A DNA stretch of 49,261 nucleotides from Candidatus Nanopelagicales bacterium (GTDB lineage: Bacteria > Actinomycetota > Actinomycetes > S36-B12 > UBA10799): contig JBAYVO010000002.1 in assembly GCA_041674545.1 (NCBI GenBank), positions 1 to 49,261 of the forward strand, written 5' to 3'. Shown here one piece after another: positions 1-12,443 of the stretch; position 1 is the first letter of the stretch; each line of letters opens with the position of its first letter. The notes below the pieces were generated by a model. That model was not told the DNA's origin. It ran no database searches and saw only the letters and a list, made by a program, of their open reading frames with translations. The position numbers and the translations under genes were made by a program.

Positions 1-126
1 TGCCTTCACGAAACCGTTCATTTCGTGATCGCGGAAGATGTCAAAGATGATGTTGAACAGCATCATGAAGTACACGATCATGAAGAAGATGATGATCAAC
101 GAGTAAAGAAATTGGCCGAATTCCAT
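1..126 (-). CDS. Small hydrophobic membrane protein, 5' part only (continues past window start)
   Basis: ATG at 126-124 with GAGG about 6 nt upstream. Open to position 1. Translation MEFGQFLYSLIIIFFMIVYFMMLFNIIFDIFRDHEMNGFVKA gives one TM helix then a charged segment. Too short for the ORF track. Confidence 0.4.
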   Translation of the reverse strand, partial: MEFGQFLYSLIIIFFMIVYFMMLFNIIFDIFRDHEMNGFVKA

Positions 127-232
127 GTGCGCCTCAACGTTTCTAATGTCGACAAGGGCTGAATGCCCACCCGCCATTGTGAGGGTACGGCACCACGATC
201 ATCGGCATTGGGTCGAGAATGAGTGTCGTGGC

Positions 233-1774
233 TTACGGAACCGGCGAAACCACGCGGTAGTCAGCGAGTGATATGTGTCGAGTCCGTCGACGAAATTCAG
301 TGGTTGTCCCAGGCCACAACGCGGTGACTCTGCCACTCGTGTCCTGGTACCAACTCGCGCAGCCGCCGTCGACCCAGACCGATTGACCGAGGCGGTCTTC
401 GAGCTCGGAAGTGAACGACTCCATGACGGCAGGACGAACATCAAGTGCGACCCCGCGGTTGCGCGCAAGGTAGGTCGCCATATCAGCTGCGTACCGGGCC
501 TGCGCCTCAATCATCAGGAGCATCGAATTGTTAGCCAGCCCGGTGTTCGGCCCGGTCATCAGCACGAGATTCGGAAACCCCGGCAGCGTCGACCCGAGGT
601 ACGCCGCTGGTGCGGTCTTGAACATCGCCAGCGCCATCGACTCACCGTTGGCTCCCACGATCACCGACAGGATCGAACGCTTCTGCACCCGGAACCCCGT
701 CGCTAACACCACGACATCGACCTGGACCTCGCTGGTCGACTCCGCCTGCTGCCCCGCTGCTCCATCCGGCGATGGAATGACTCCGGATCGGGTTAATCGG
801 GAGATCGACGCCGAGGTGAGAGTGACATTGGGGCGACTGAGGGTGGGATACCACGTGTCAGACATGAGCAGGCGCTTGCAGCCTGGTCGGTAGGTAGGGG
901 TGACACGTGCGCGCAGGTCGGGGTCGGCAACGTGCTTGGCGATGTGGCGGCGGCCAGTGCGTTCTATCAGATCCAACATTCGCCCGGACCGCACGAACGA
1001 GTTGGTCATCAACTCGCGGCGCAGGAAGTCCACTCCACGCGTCAACGACATCGCAGCCGGAACTCGGTCATTGAGTTGCTGCTGCCATCTCGGCACCGTT
1101 CGGTCTCCGCGCGGCAACACCCACGGCGCCGTGCGCTGGAAAACGGTGACCGACTCCGCCACTGCCGCGATCTTCGGAACAAACTGCACCGCCGAGGCAC
1201 CTGTTCCGATCACGGCAATCCGCTTCCCCGCGGGATCGAAGTCGGCTGGCCAGTTCGCGGAATGGAAGAGTTCGCCCTCAAAGTCGGCGAGTCCGTCGAT
1301 CCTGGGAATGTTCGGCTCGTTGAGGGTTCCGGAACCAACGATGACCATCCTCGCCGAGATCGGCTCACCTGATGTGAACGCCACCGTCCACAGTTGCTCA
1401 GTGACGCTCCACGTCAGCTGTGCGACTTCACGTCCAAACTCAATCTTCGATTCCAAACCGAGGTGACCGACGGCGCTTTGCAGATACTCCTGAATCTCCG
1501 GCTGGGTGGCGAACCGATCCGACCAGTCCGTCTTCGGAAGAAACGAAAACGAGTACAGCGATGATGGGACGTCACACTGGCACCCCGGGTACGTGTTGTC
1601 CCGCCACACTCCACCGACCGCGTCCGCACGTTCCACGATGGTGAAGTTTGTGACTCCACGACGCTGCAGTTCAGCGGCGGCGCCTATACCGGCGAAGCCC
1701 GCGCCCACAATGACGACAGCGCGGTCTGCTGACGGGGCAATTGCCCTCGCCTCAGCAGCTTCAGTTGCAGTCAC
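233..1774 (-). CDS. Type I Baeyer-Villiger / flavin-containing monooxygenase (FAD/NADPH dependent)
   Basis: 513-aa ORF. Has GAGFAG dinucleotide fold near the N-terminus, the BVMO fingerprint FEGELFHSANWP (FxGxxxHxxxWP) and a second GTGASA Rossmann motif. GTG start. Confidence 0.9.
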   Translation of the reverse strand: MTATEAAEARAIAPSADRAVVIVGAGFAGIGAAAELQRRGVTNFTIVERADAVGGVWRDNTYPGCQCDVPSSLYSFSFLPKTDWSDRFATQPEIQEYLQSAVGHLGLESKIEFGREVAQLTWSVTEQLWTVAFTSGEPISARMVIVGSGTLNEPNIPRIDGLADFEGELFHSANWPADFDPAGKRIAVIGTGASAVQFVPKIAAVAESVTVFQRTAPWVLPRGDRTVPRWQQQLNDRVPAAMSLTRGVDFLRRELMTNSFVRSGRMLDLIERTGRRHIAKHVADPDLRARVTPTYRPGCKRLLMSDTWYPTLSRPNVTLTSASISRLTRSGVIPSPDGAAGQQAESTSEVQVDVVVLATGFRVQKRSILSVIVGANGESMALAMFKTAPAAYLGSTLPGFPNLVLMTGPNTGLANNSMLLMIEAQARYAADMATYLARNRGVALDVRPAVMESFTSELEDRLGQSVWVDGGCASWYQDTSGRVTALWPGTTTEFRRRTRHISLADYRVVSPVP

Positions 1775-1928
1775 ACTCCGGAATTATCCGCAACTCGGGG
1801 CTGCCCCTTAAGCAGGGGATGGGTTTCCCCACCTCAGCGGTCATTGATCGCGCGATGATCCTTGCTTCTGCTGCATGCTTGTCACGCGCCGGAACCCGCT
1901 GGCCGACACTGCGCGTGCCGGAGAAACG

Positions 1929-3593
1929 ATGGTCACTCTGTTCCCCTCTCTCAAGGGGTATGAGCGGTCATGGCTGGCACGCGATGTCGTTGCCGGGTTG
2001 ACGATTGCCGCAATCGCGGTGCCAGGACAGATTGCCGTGGCCAAGGTCGCCGGGATGCCGCCGACCACCGGGCTTTGGGTCGCGATCGCGGCGGGATTTG
2101 CCGCACTGGTCTTCGTCGCGAGCCGCCAACTATGGATCGGTTCTGACTCGACTACCGCGCCGCTGATTTTGGCCGGTCTGTCTGTGATGGCGGCGCCGGG
2201 ATCGGACCAGTACGTTCGTCTAGCCGTCACCTTGACGATCATCATCGGCGTCCTGGTGTGCATCGTCGCGTTCGCCAAGATGTTGTGGATAGCCGAATTG
2301 CTTTCGCGAACCGTTGTCGTGGGGTTCATGGCGGGCGTTGCCGTCATCATCATCGTCGGACAACTGCCCTCGTTACTCGGGATTCCTCCCGGTGGCACCC
2401 ACACGTTGCAGAAGCTCTGGCACGTGCTGACCAACCTCAACGAAATCAATCCTGCGGCGGCGGCGATCGGCTTCGCCTCTTTGATCGCGTTGCCACTATT
2501 CGCCAGGATCAACAAGAAGCTGCCCGGCGCCCTGCTCGTTGTCGCGCTCGCAACCTTGGCCGTGGCATTGCTGTCACTTAAGCGATTCGATGTCGATGTG
2601 CTGGGCCCACTCGATGGTGGTCTTCCTCACCCCGTTTGGCCTGACGTCTCACTCGACGCGCTGCGTGGCGTGCTTCCGACCGCGTTGGCAATCTCGTTGC
2701 TGGTCATCGCCCAGACCGCTGCCACCTCGCGCAGCAACGCCGATGCCAACGGCGCCCAAACTGATCTACGAGCCGACTTCACCGGTATCGGCGCGGCGAA
2801 CCTCGCATCGGCGGCGACCGGCTCCTACTCGGTCAACGGCAGCCCCGGGGCGACCGCAGTCATGGCGGCATCCGGATCACGCAGCCAACTCGCTTCAGCG
2901 ATTGGCGCGTTCGTGCTGCTCCTCGTTGTGTTGTTCGCGACTGGTTTGGTGGCCGACCTTCCAATGGCGACGCTGGCCGCCATCATGATCATGATCTCGG
3001 CGCGCATCATCAACGTCAAGGAACTCAAACGGATCCGTCGCTACAGCGTGAGTGCCTTCGTACTCTCGCTCGGCACCTTCGCAGCGGTTGTTGTCCTCGG
3101 CGTCGAGTCCGGAGTGTTGATCGCTGTCACGGTGTCGCTCATCGCCCGCGCGGTGCAGTCCTCTCGGCCCGAACTCATCGAGGTCGGGCGCCGTTCCGAT
3201 GGCCACTGGCTACCGATCGATGAACCGCACGCACACCACAACAACGGCATCGTCGCGATCCGGCTGAACGGACCAGTTTGGTTCACGAACGCCAACTGGT
3301 TCCACGACGAGATCATGGCCAAACTCGAAGCCGACCCAGGCATTCGAGGACTCATCATCGACACCGTCGCGATCGACGACCTCGACTACACGGGCGCAAG
3401 TGTGCTCAAAGACCTCGTGATCCTCGTGCAGAGTCGGGGGATCGAAGTCGCCGTCGTCCATGTGGTCGGGCGCACTGACGAATCACTGCAGCGAATCCGG
3501 TTGACCGCAAAACTGCCGGAACATCGGCTCTACGAATCGCTCGAAGACGCCTACCAAGATCTTGCATCCACGCTCCCCGCGAGCGCACAATGA
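1929..3593 (+). CDS. SulP-family anion (sulfate/bicarbonate) permease with C-terminal STAS domain
   Basis: Polytopic hydrophobic core followed by a STAS-like tail (IVAIRLNGPVWFTNA...DYTGASVL). Start moved to ATG 1929 (MVTLFPSLKGY, the usual SulP N-terminus) with GGAGAA upstream. The track ORF begins at 1875. Confidence 0.88.
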   Translation: MVTLFPSLKGYERSWLARDVVAGLTIAAIAVPGQIAVAKVAGMPPTTGLWVAIAAGFAALVFVASRQLWIGSDSTTAPLILAGLSVMAAPGSDQYVRLAVTLTIIIGVLVCIVAFAKMLWIAELLSRTVVVGFMAGVAVIIIVGQLPSLLGIPPGGTHTLQKLWHVLTNLNEINPAAAAIGFASLIALPLFARINKKLPGALLVVALATLAVALLSLKRFDVDVLGPLDGGLPHPVWPDVSLDALRGVLPTALAISLLVIAQTAATSRSNADANGAQTDLRADFTGIGAANLASAATGSYSVNGSPGATAVMAASGSRSQLASAIGAFVLLLVVLFATGLVADLPMATLAAIMIMISARIINVKELKRIRRYSVSAFVLSLGTFAAVVVLGVESGVLIAVTVSLIARAVQSSRPELIEVGRRSDGHWLPIDEPHAHHNNGIVAIRLNGPVWFTNANWFHDEIMAKLEADPGIRGLIIDTVAIDDLDYTGASVLKDLVILVQSRGIEVAVVHVVGRTDESLQRIRLTAKLPEHRLYESLEDAYQDLASTLPASAQ

Positions 3594-3629
3594 CCGCGAC
3601 ACCACAACTGCACCGATGGAGGACCACCC

Positions 3630-5147
3630 ATGTCGATTGAGAAGATCAAAAACTGGGTTGTGGTCATGTTCGAGAATCGCTCGTTCGACAACCTGTTGGG
3701 CCACCTCGAACACATCGATGCCGAAGACGGCATCCGCGGTAAGAAGATTGAATTGCCGTACCCCGGCGGCATCGTGACAGTGCACCCTGGCGCGCTTTAC
3801 AACGACCCGATCCCCGATCCAGGTGAGGGCTACGCAAACGTCAACGTGCAGGTGTTCGGCCGCTATCTCCCCGAATCGAACCAGGCCAAGGCCCCCTACC
3901 TCGCGCTACCGGACCGAATGCAAGCGCCGTACAACGCACCCCTGCCAGGTGACGTCGCGACGATGGACGGCTTCGCGCTGGACTTCTATTGGAACTCGCT
4001 CTGGCAAACGGGGCGCAAACTCACCCACGACGAAATGGCCTCGATTGGCGGGGTGTTCACGCCCAAGACTGCTCCGGTCATCAACGAATTGGCAAAGGAG
4101 TACGCGGTCTTCACGAATTGGCACTGCGACGTCCCGACCTGCACGTTCCCCAACCGAGCGTTCTTCCACTCCGGCACCAGCCGGGGCAAGGTCGACAACG
4201 ACATCGTCTACAACTGGACCGTCACCCAGGACCAACCGAACCTGTTTGACCGCCTGACCGAACACAACGTGGATTGGAAGTGCTACTTCGACGAATCGCA
4301 AGTTGTCCCGCTGACCGCGATCAACCTTGCTGGCGCCAAGCACCACAGTATGTGGAAAGACCATTCCCACTACATGCCGAGCTTCTGGACGGACTGCGCG
4401 CAAGGAACATTGCCGCGCTACTCGTGGGTCGAACCGCGCATGATGTCGGGCGAGGTCAACGACTACCACCCGCCGACAGACATCCGGGCAGCCGAGCAAT
4501 TCCTTGCCTCGGTGTACAACGCGGTGCGCACATCGCCGCAATGGGAAGAGACGGCGCTGGTCATCATGTTTGACGAACATGGCGGAACGTATGACCACGT
4601 TGTGCCACCTGCCGCGATTGCGCCAGACGATTCGAAGTCAGAGATGGACTTCGCGTTCGATCGCTACGGAATCCGCGTGCCCACGATCGTCATCTCGGCA
4701 CACACAAAGAAGGGCACCGTGATTCGTGATCTCCACGCGAACACGTCGATGACGCGCACCCTGCGCGAGTCTCTCGGTCTCGGCGATGCGTTCACCAAAC
4801 GTGATGCCAACGCATCGCTGATCGATGCAGCCTTCAACCGTTCTGCGCCACGAAAGGATATGCACCAACTCGAGGTCCTCCCCTTCACACCAGGCATTAC
4901 GAACCCCGGTGCGCAGGAGGTCAAGTACGGCGACTCTCCCGACAACCCGTTGGTCCTCGCGAAGTGGAAGAAGTCAGGCAAGGACTACGTGTCCGAACTC
5001 GGCCAGGCGACGCTGACGAATGCTGCCGCGATGCTCGGGATCCATCCAGACGATGCCCCTACCGAAGCCCCCGCAGCTGACTCACGCGCCTGGTTGAAGA
5101 AGCACTTCACCAAGGACGGCGCGTTGCACTTTCCGACGAAGGGGTAG
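3630..5147 (+). CDS. Phosphoesterase-family protein (non-haemolytic phospholipase C / AcpA-like acid phosphatase)
   Basis: N-terminal NWVVVMFENRSFDNLLG motif typical of the PLC/AcpA phosphoesterase family; later FDEHGGTYDHV. GGAGGA RBS 8 nt upstream. No signal peptide seen. Confidence 0.85.
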   Translation: MSIEKIKNWVVVMFENRSFDNLLGHLEHIDAEDGIRGKKIELPYPGGIVTVHPGALYNDPIPDPGEGYANVNVQVFGRYLPESNQAKAPYLALPDRMQAPYNAPLPGDVATMDGFALDFYWNSLWQTGRKLTHDEMASIGGVFTPKTAPVINELAKEYAVFTNWHCDVPTCTFPNRAFFHSGTSRGKVDNDIVYNWTVTQDQPNLFDRLTEHNVDWKCYFDESQVVPLTAINLAGAKHHSMWKDHSHYMPSFWTDCAQGTLPRYSWVEPRMMSGEVNDYHPPTDIRAAEQFLASVYNAVRTSPQWEETALVIMFDEHGGTYDHVVPPAAIAPDDSKSEMDFAFDRYGIRVPTIVISAHTKKGTVIRDLHANTSMTRTLRESLGLGDAFTKRDANASLIDAAFNRSAPRKDMHQLEVLPFTPGITNPGAQEVKYGDSPDNPLVLAKWKKSGKDYVSELGQATLTNAAAMLGIHPDDAPTEAPAADSRAWLKKHFTKDGALHFPTKG

Positions 5148-5153
5148 GTGGCG

Positions 5154-5942
5154 TTAGGGCTTGGTCGGCCCGCAGCCGCGGTAGCAACGCATGGGGTCAC
5201 CGCGCCATTGATCGAAGTACGGAGGCAGTTGGCCGTACTGCCCAGGCTTCCACTTCAAGCCGCTCCACTCCAAGTGCAGATGCTGTTCCGAGCGTTTGCA
5301 CTTGTTGGATTCACCGCTCGTTCCCGAGCAGCCGACCGTTCCAATGAGCTGGCCTGCTACCACCGGTCCGGGTGCGATTGACACTTCATCGAGATGCGCA
5401 TAGATCGCCTTGGTGCCATCGCGGAACGTGATCTTCACGTAGTTGCCGTAGCTGTTCGCCGCGTACTTGGGCACCTTTACGACGCCATCTGCCATCGCAT
5501 AAACCGGTTCACCGATTGCGGCAAAGAGGTCCATGCACTTGCCCACGTAGGTACACGAGTGCAGGCCCTTGCCATGCAAGTAGTAGGCATGGCCGCCGTC
5601 GCGGAAGCGCGTGACTGGAGCAGCAATCGCGCCGAGCTTCGCGTCGGTCCCGAGGATGGGTGACGTGGTGCCGACCAGGCTCGCGGTGGTCTCGGTTGTG
5701 AGGTCACCTGCGCCTCGGCTGGCGAGTTCGCCAGCGTTGTCGATGTCGGCCAGCGTGCGCAGCCACGAGGTCGACGGAGCTGCAGCGATCGCTTCTTGAC
5801 CGACCGTGGACAGGCCCGCTTGCAATCCTTCGCCGTCGGCGTACGCCTCGTTGGAAATGGAACTTCCAAAGCCGGTCATCGTGATCGCGGCGACAAGCAG
5901 TCCCACGGCAGGGATGTATAGACGTGCAGTTGTGAACTTCAT
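5154..5942 (-). CDS. Secreted M23-family metallopeptidase (peptidoglycan endopeptidase)
   Basis: Signal peptide MKFTTARLYIPAVGLLVAAITMTG at the internal ATG 5942. C-terminal M23 block YAHLDEV...GQLIGTVGCSGTSGE...HLHLEW. The track ORF extends to 6098, but that extension is non-hydrophobic and overlaps the structured leader. Confidence 0.85.
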   Translation of the reverse strand: MKFTTARLYIPAVGLLVAAITMTGFGSSISNEAYADGEGLQAGLSTVGQEAIAAAPSTSWLRTLADIDNAGELASRGAGDLTTETTASLVGTTSPILGTDAKLGAIAAPVTRFRDGGHAYYLHGKGLHSCTYVGKCMDLFAAIGEPVYAMADGVVKVPKYAANSYGNYVKITFRDGTKAIYAHLDEVSIAPGPVVAGQLIGTVGCSGTSGESNKCKRSEQHLHLEWSGLKWKPGQYGQLPPYFDQWRGDPMRCYRGCGPTKP

Positions 5943-5949
5943 GATGAGT

Positions 5950-6115
5950 GCCTTCTGGTGCGCCGAAAGGCCCTTGACAGATCCCGTCAAGGAGACTTGG
6001 TCTCTTATCGAGGTTAGGCGGGCAAATCGGACACTCCGAGGCCTGGCAACGATCTGTGAGCCAGGTAACTGACACCAAATGGAGTCATATTTGGACATTC
6101 TTCGCAGTTCGCAAC
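5950..6115 (-). promoter_or_regulatory. Structured 5' leader of the M23 peptidase gene; candidate ydaO-type (c-di-AMP) riboswitch
   Basis: Four consecutive hairpins on the minus-strand RNA: GCAGUU/AACUGC, CCAAAU/AUUUGG, CCUGGC/GCCAGG, CCUUGAC/GUCAAGG. The block CCGAUUUGCCCGCCUAACCUCGAUAAG resembles the conserved ydaO 3' core as I recall it (CCGA.GCCCG.CAGCUAACCUCG.AAG). An upstream half-copy GUGUCAGUUACCUGG gives pseudo-twofold symmetry. Recognition is from memory only. Confidence 0.4.
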
Positions 6116-6124
6116 TGCTGCACG

Positions 6125-6147
6125 GTGACGCAGCACACGTGCGTCAC
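6125..6147 (-). terminator. Possible terminator hairpin after the CoADR-rhodanese gene
   Basis: 8-bp stem GTGACGCA / TGCGTCAC with a 7-nt loop, 17 nt downstream of the stop at 6164. No clear U-tract. Confidence 0.3.
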
Positions 6148-6163
6148 TCGAACGAGTGAACGC

Positions 6164-7855
6164 CTACGTACGAGTCAGTTGACCCAATTCCATCGCCGTG
6201 ATGGACGCTGAGTGATCGGGCTCAAACGCAGCGTGTGCATCGCGCCACGTTAGCCATCCGCCATCCAGGTTGCGAACGTCAATTCCGTTCTCGGCGAGTA
6301 ACCGGGCTGCAACGTGTGCGCGCTGGCCAACGCGGCAGTAGGCCACCACCCGCTGGCCATGCAGGCGGTGCAACTCGGACCGCAGATCATCGAGTGGAAT
6401 GTTGATTGCACCGGGGATCGAGCCGTCTGCGAACTCGTCGTTGCCACGAACATCCAACACGGTCCAACCGTCCGCCGACAACGCGTCAACCTCGGCCCAG
6501 TCGACAGCTGCGGACAGGCCCGACAATCTGTTCTCAGCGATGTAGCCGAGTTGATTGATCGGATCCTTTGCCGAGCCGAACGGTGGTGCATACGCAAGTT
6601 CGAGGTCGATCAGATCAGTCGCGCGCAGCCCGGCACGCATCGCCGTGGCGATCACATCGATGCGCTTGTCGACGCCATCGGCACCCACAGCCTGGGCACC
6701 GAGAATGCTGGCATCGGCCGGGTCAATAAGGAGCTTGATAGCCATCGTCGACGCACCGGGGTAGTACGCGGCATGGTCGTTCGGATGCGTGTGGATGGCC
6801 AGGTAGGCCCGGTTCGCGGCGCGAAGCCGTTTCTCGTTCCACCCGGTCGTTGCCGCCGTCGTATCAAAGAGTTTGACGATCGCTGTTCCTTGGGACGCCC
6901 GGACACGGCTCGGCAATCCGGCGATGTCGTCGGCCGCCCGGCGGCCCTGCCGGTTCGCAATGTTTGCCAGTGGGGTCAACGTGGCGGATCCATCGAGCAG
7001 GTCGATCTTCTCGACGGCGTCGCCCACAGCCCAAATATGCGGGTCCATCGTCTGTTGGTTTGCGTCAACAACGATCCCGCCGCGGGTCCCAATCGGCAGT
7101 CCGGCAGCTTCAGCGAGCTTCCCGTCGGGGCGCACACCTATCGCGAAGACCACGAGGTCTGCCGGGATAGTCCGGCCGTCCGCAAGGTGGGCGACGTCAT
7201 CGTCAATCCCCACCACGCTGTTCGACAACTCGACCGCGACGCCGTTGCGCGCCAATTCCTGTTCGAGTGGCCTGGCCATTTCAATGTCCAACGGGGCAAG
7301 CAGTTGATTCGCCATCTCAACGACGGTGACGTTCTTGCCTGCCTCGCTTAGGTTCTCGGCAGCCTCAAGCCCGATGAAGCCACCGCCGACGACCACTACG
7401 TTGCGGGCATCGGTGAGCCGTTCAAGCATGCGATCGAGATCTTCGATGTCGCGAAGCACAAGGCCGCGATGTGCGCCGGGAATGTCGGGCACGATCGGTG
7501 CGGCGCCAGGTGAGAGCACGAGCGCGTCATAGGCCTGGACGTACTCATTGCCGGTGTCGAGGTCGGTGACAGCCAGGGTCCTATGTGCACGGTCGATCGC
7601 GGTGACTTCGCTACGTACCCGCACGTCGAGCCGGAACCGTTCACGCAAGCTCTCCGGTGTCTGCAGGAGCAGATCGTTGCGATCAACAATCGTCGACGAC
7701 AGGTGGTAGGGCAGTCCGCAATTCGCGAACGAGACGTACCCACTGCGTTCTAGCACGATGATGTTCATGTCTTCGCGTAGTCGACGCAGGCGGGCCGCAG
7801 TTGATGCCCCACCCGCGACTCCGCCAACAATCACAACTGTTTGTGTTTCCCCCAT
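6164..7855 (-). CDS. CoA-disulfide reductase fused to a rhodanese domain (CoADR-RHD; candidate CoA-persulfide/polysulfide reductase)
   Basis: 563 aa. GGVAGGAS FAD fold, redox Cys in SFANCGLPYH, second GGGFIGLE NAD(P)H fold. C-terminal rhodanese with active-site loop YCRVGQRAH. AGGAG RBS. Confidence 0.9.
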   Translation of the reverse strand: MGETQTVVIVGGVAGGASTAARLRRLREDMNIIVLERSGYVSFANCGLPYHLSSTIVDRNDLLLQTPESLRERFRLDVRVRSEVTAIDRAHRTLAVTDLDTGNEYVQAYDALVLSPGAAPIVPDIPGAHRGLVLRDIEDLDRMLERLTDARNVVVVGGGFIGLEAAENLSEAGKNVTVVEMANQLLAPLDIEMARPLEQELARNGVAVELSNSVVGIDDDVAHLADGRTIPADLVVFAIGVRPDGKLAEAAGLPIGTRGGIVVDANQQTMDPHIWAVGDAVEKIDLLDGSATLTPLANIANRQGRRAADDIAGLPSRVRASQGTAIVKLFDTTAATTGWNEKRLRAANRAYLAIHTHPNDHAAYYPGASTMAIKLLIDPADASILGAQAVGADGVDKRIDVIATAMRAGLRATDLIDLELAYAPPFGSAKDPINQLGYIAENRLSGLSAAVDWAEVDALSADGWTVLDVRGNDEFADGSIPGAINIPLDDLRSELHRLHGQRVVAYCRVGQRAHVAARLLAENGIDVRNLDGGWLTWRDAHAAFEPDHSASITAMELGQLTRT

Positions 7856-7986
7856 GAGTGCACGCTCCTATGTGTTGCCGCGGCCAACACGCTGACCACG
7901 TTGGCATTTGTGCCGCGTTTGACCGGGCCCTTGTCGGGCCGTCTGTGAATGGTTCGAGATGGAAGTTGGCTCGTTGATGAGCCGGG

Positions 7987-8469
<483 letters not shown>

Positions 8470-8483
8470 TTACCCATTCACCA

Positions 8484-8501
8484 TATACCCCCGGGGGTAT
8501 A
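8484..8501. promoter_or_regulatory. CsoR-family operator (perfect 18-bp palindrome TATACCCCCGGGGGTATA)
   Basis: Perfect inverted repeat of the TACCC-N-GGGTA type used by CsoR/CstR repressors. Lies 47-64 nt upstream of the Cys-rich ORF start. Confidence 0.7.
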
Positions 8502-8522
8502 AAGTCCAGCCCGATTTCGCCC

Positions 8523-9392
8523 CTAGATTCGGGCGTCGATCCAGGTGATGACGTTGCCGATGACCTCGTCGCGCTGCGGTTCGTTGTACACCTCGTGGTA
8601 CAGACCGTCGTAGATCTTGAGGGTCTTATCTTTCGATCCGACCTTTTCGTAGATCATTTCGCTGCCATGAGGTGGAGTGATGACGTCGTCACCGCCGTGG
8701 GTCACGAGGACGGGCATCGTCAACGTCGGCAGATCCTTCTCGACGGTGTCCATGCCGCTAAGCAGCTCCGAGCCCATGCGGGCCCGAACCTTTCCGGTCG
8801 TGACGAGCGGATCGTTGATGTACGCCTCGATCACTGCCGGATCGTGACTGATCTTGTCGAGCTGCAATCCAGCGACCCCGACATCTGGCAGTACTCGTGC
8901 CAAGACTTGTCCGATCGCAATGGTGATGTCGGAGATATCGTCCGGCTTCGCTGCTGCGGCCCCAGACAGAATCAATCCCGTCGCATCCGGCTGATCGCGA
9001 GTGACGTATCGCAAGCCAATGAGTCCACCCATGCTGTGCGCGACGATGAAGAACGGCAACGGTGCGGGGTAGCGCTCCCGAAGGATCTCCTTGTACGTGC
9101 CGAGGTCGTCGCTGAAGTCATCGAACTTGTCCACCTGGGCCCGCTTGCCTTCGGACAGGCCATGGCCGCGGTGATCAGGTACACCCACAGCGAATCCCGC
9201 GTTGACGAAGTCTTGTGCCAGTGCTGCATAGCGGCCGCCGTGTTCGCCAATGCCATGAACGATCATGATCACTGCGCGAGGCTTGCTCTTCTTCGGCGCC
9301 CATTCCTGCCACCGAATGACGGTGTCGCGGACACCCTTAAATTCGCCAGTGGTGTGAACGATGTCTGCGTTAGCCGCGGTGCTCTTGGTCAT
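8523..9392 (-). CDS. Alpha/beta hydrolase, monoacylglycerol lipase / lysophospholipase type
   Basis: HGIGEHGGRY oxyanion region, nucleophile elbow AHSMGG, C-terminal HGGDD...YHEV. Start set at ATG 9392 (MTKSTAAN); the track ORF extends to 9521. Confidence 0.85.
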   Translation of the reverse strand: MTKSTAANADIVHTTGEFKGVRDTVIRWQEWAPKKSKPRAVIMIVHGIGEHGGRYAALAQDFVNAGFAVGVPDHRGHGLSEGKRAQVDKFDDFSDDLGTYKEILRERYPAPLPFFIVAHSMGGLIGLRYVTRDQPDATGLILSGAAAAKPDDISDITIAIGQVLARVLPDVGVAGLQLDKISHDPAVIEAYINDPLVTTGKVRARMGSELLSGMDTVEKDLPTLTMPVLVTHGGDDVITPPHGSEMIYEKVGSKDKTLKIYDGLYHEVYNEPQRDEVIGNVITWIDARI

Positions 9393-9639
9393 GGGTCGGG
9401 AGCCTACGGCTTTGAGCCCCACCGCGCTTGACGGCTCACCCGTTGGGCACGGTGCAACGTTGCGACGCTTGTGCGCTGAAGGCCGCAGATTTGACCCCAC
9501 CTCGACACGAGGCCCTCTCATCCTTAAGTCGGAGACCAGGAGGGTGGGATTCCAAGAGTTTACATTTGGAGCGGTGTTGTAAAGGTGTTTAGCGTGTTAG
9601 CTTCGCATGTCAATCCGTCTCAGATCGATAGGACACCAC

Positions 9640-12381
<2,742 letters not shown>

Positions 12382-12387
12382 CGATCC

Positions 12388-12443
12388 GACGTCAGGATGG
12401 TGGGAAGTGGTCGCTAGGCGACACCTTCCCACCATCCTGACGT
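12388..12443. terminator. Bidirectional terminator hairpin between the convergent cellulase and TetR genes
   Basis: About 19-bp arms GACGTCAGGATGGTGGGAAG / CTTCCCACCATCCTGACGT. The loop is itself self-complementary (GTCGC-TAG-GCGAC). Confidence 0.7.

Noticed and set aside
5943-6098. N-terminal 52-codon extension of the M23 peptidase ORF (track start 6098)
   Set aside because: The extension is not signal-like, whereas the internal ATG 5942 is followed immediately by a classic signal peptide. The region is better explained as a structured RNA leader.
9393-9639. CebR/CelR-type operator (TGGGAGCGCTCCCA) upstream of the cellulase gene
   Set aside because: Only a weak resemblance (TGGAGCGGTG) and a loose TTTACA…TGTAAA inverted repeat are present, with no convincing palindrome.
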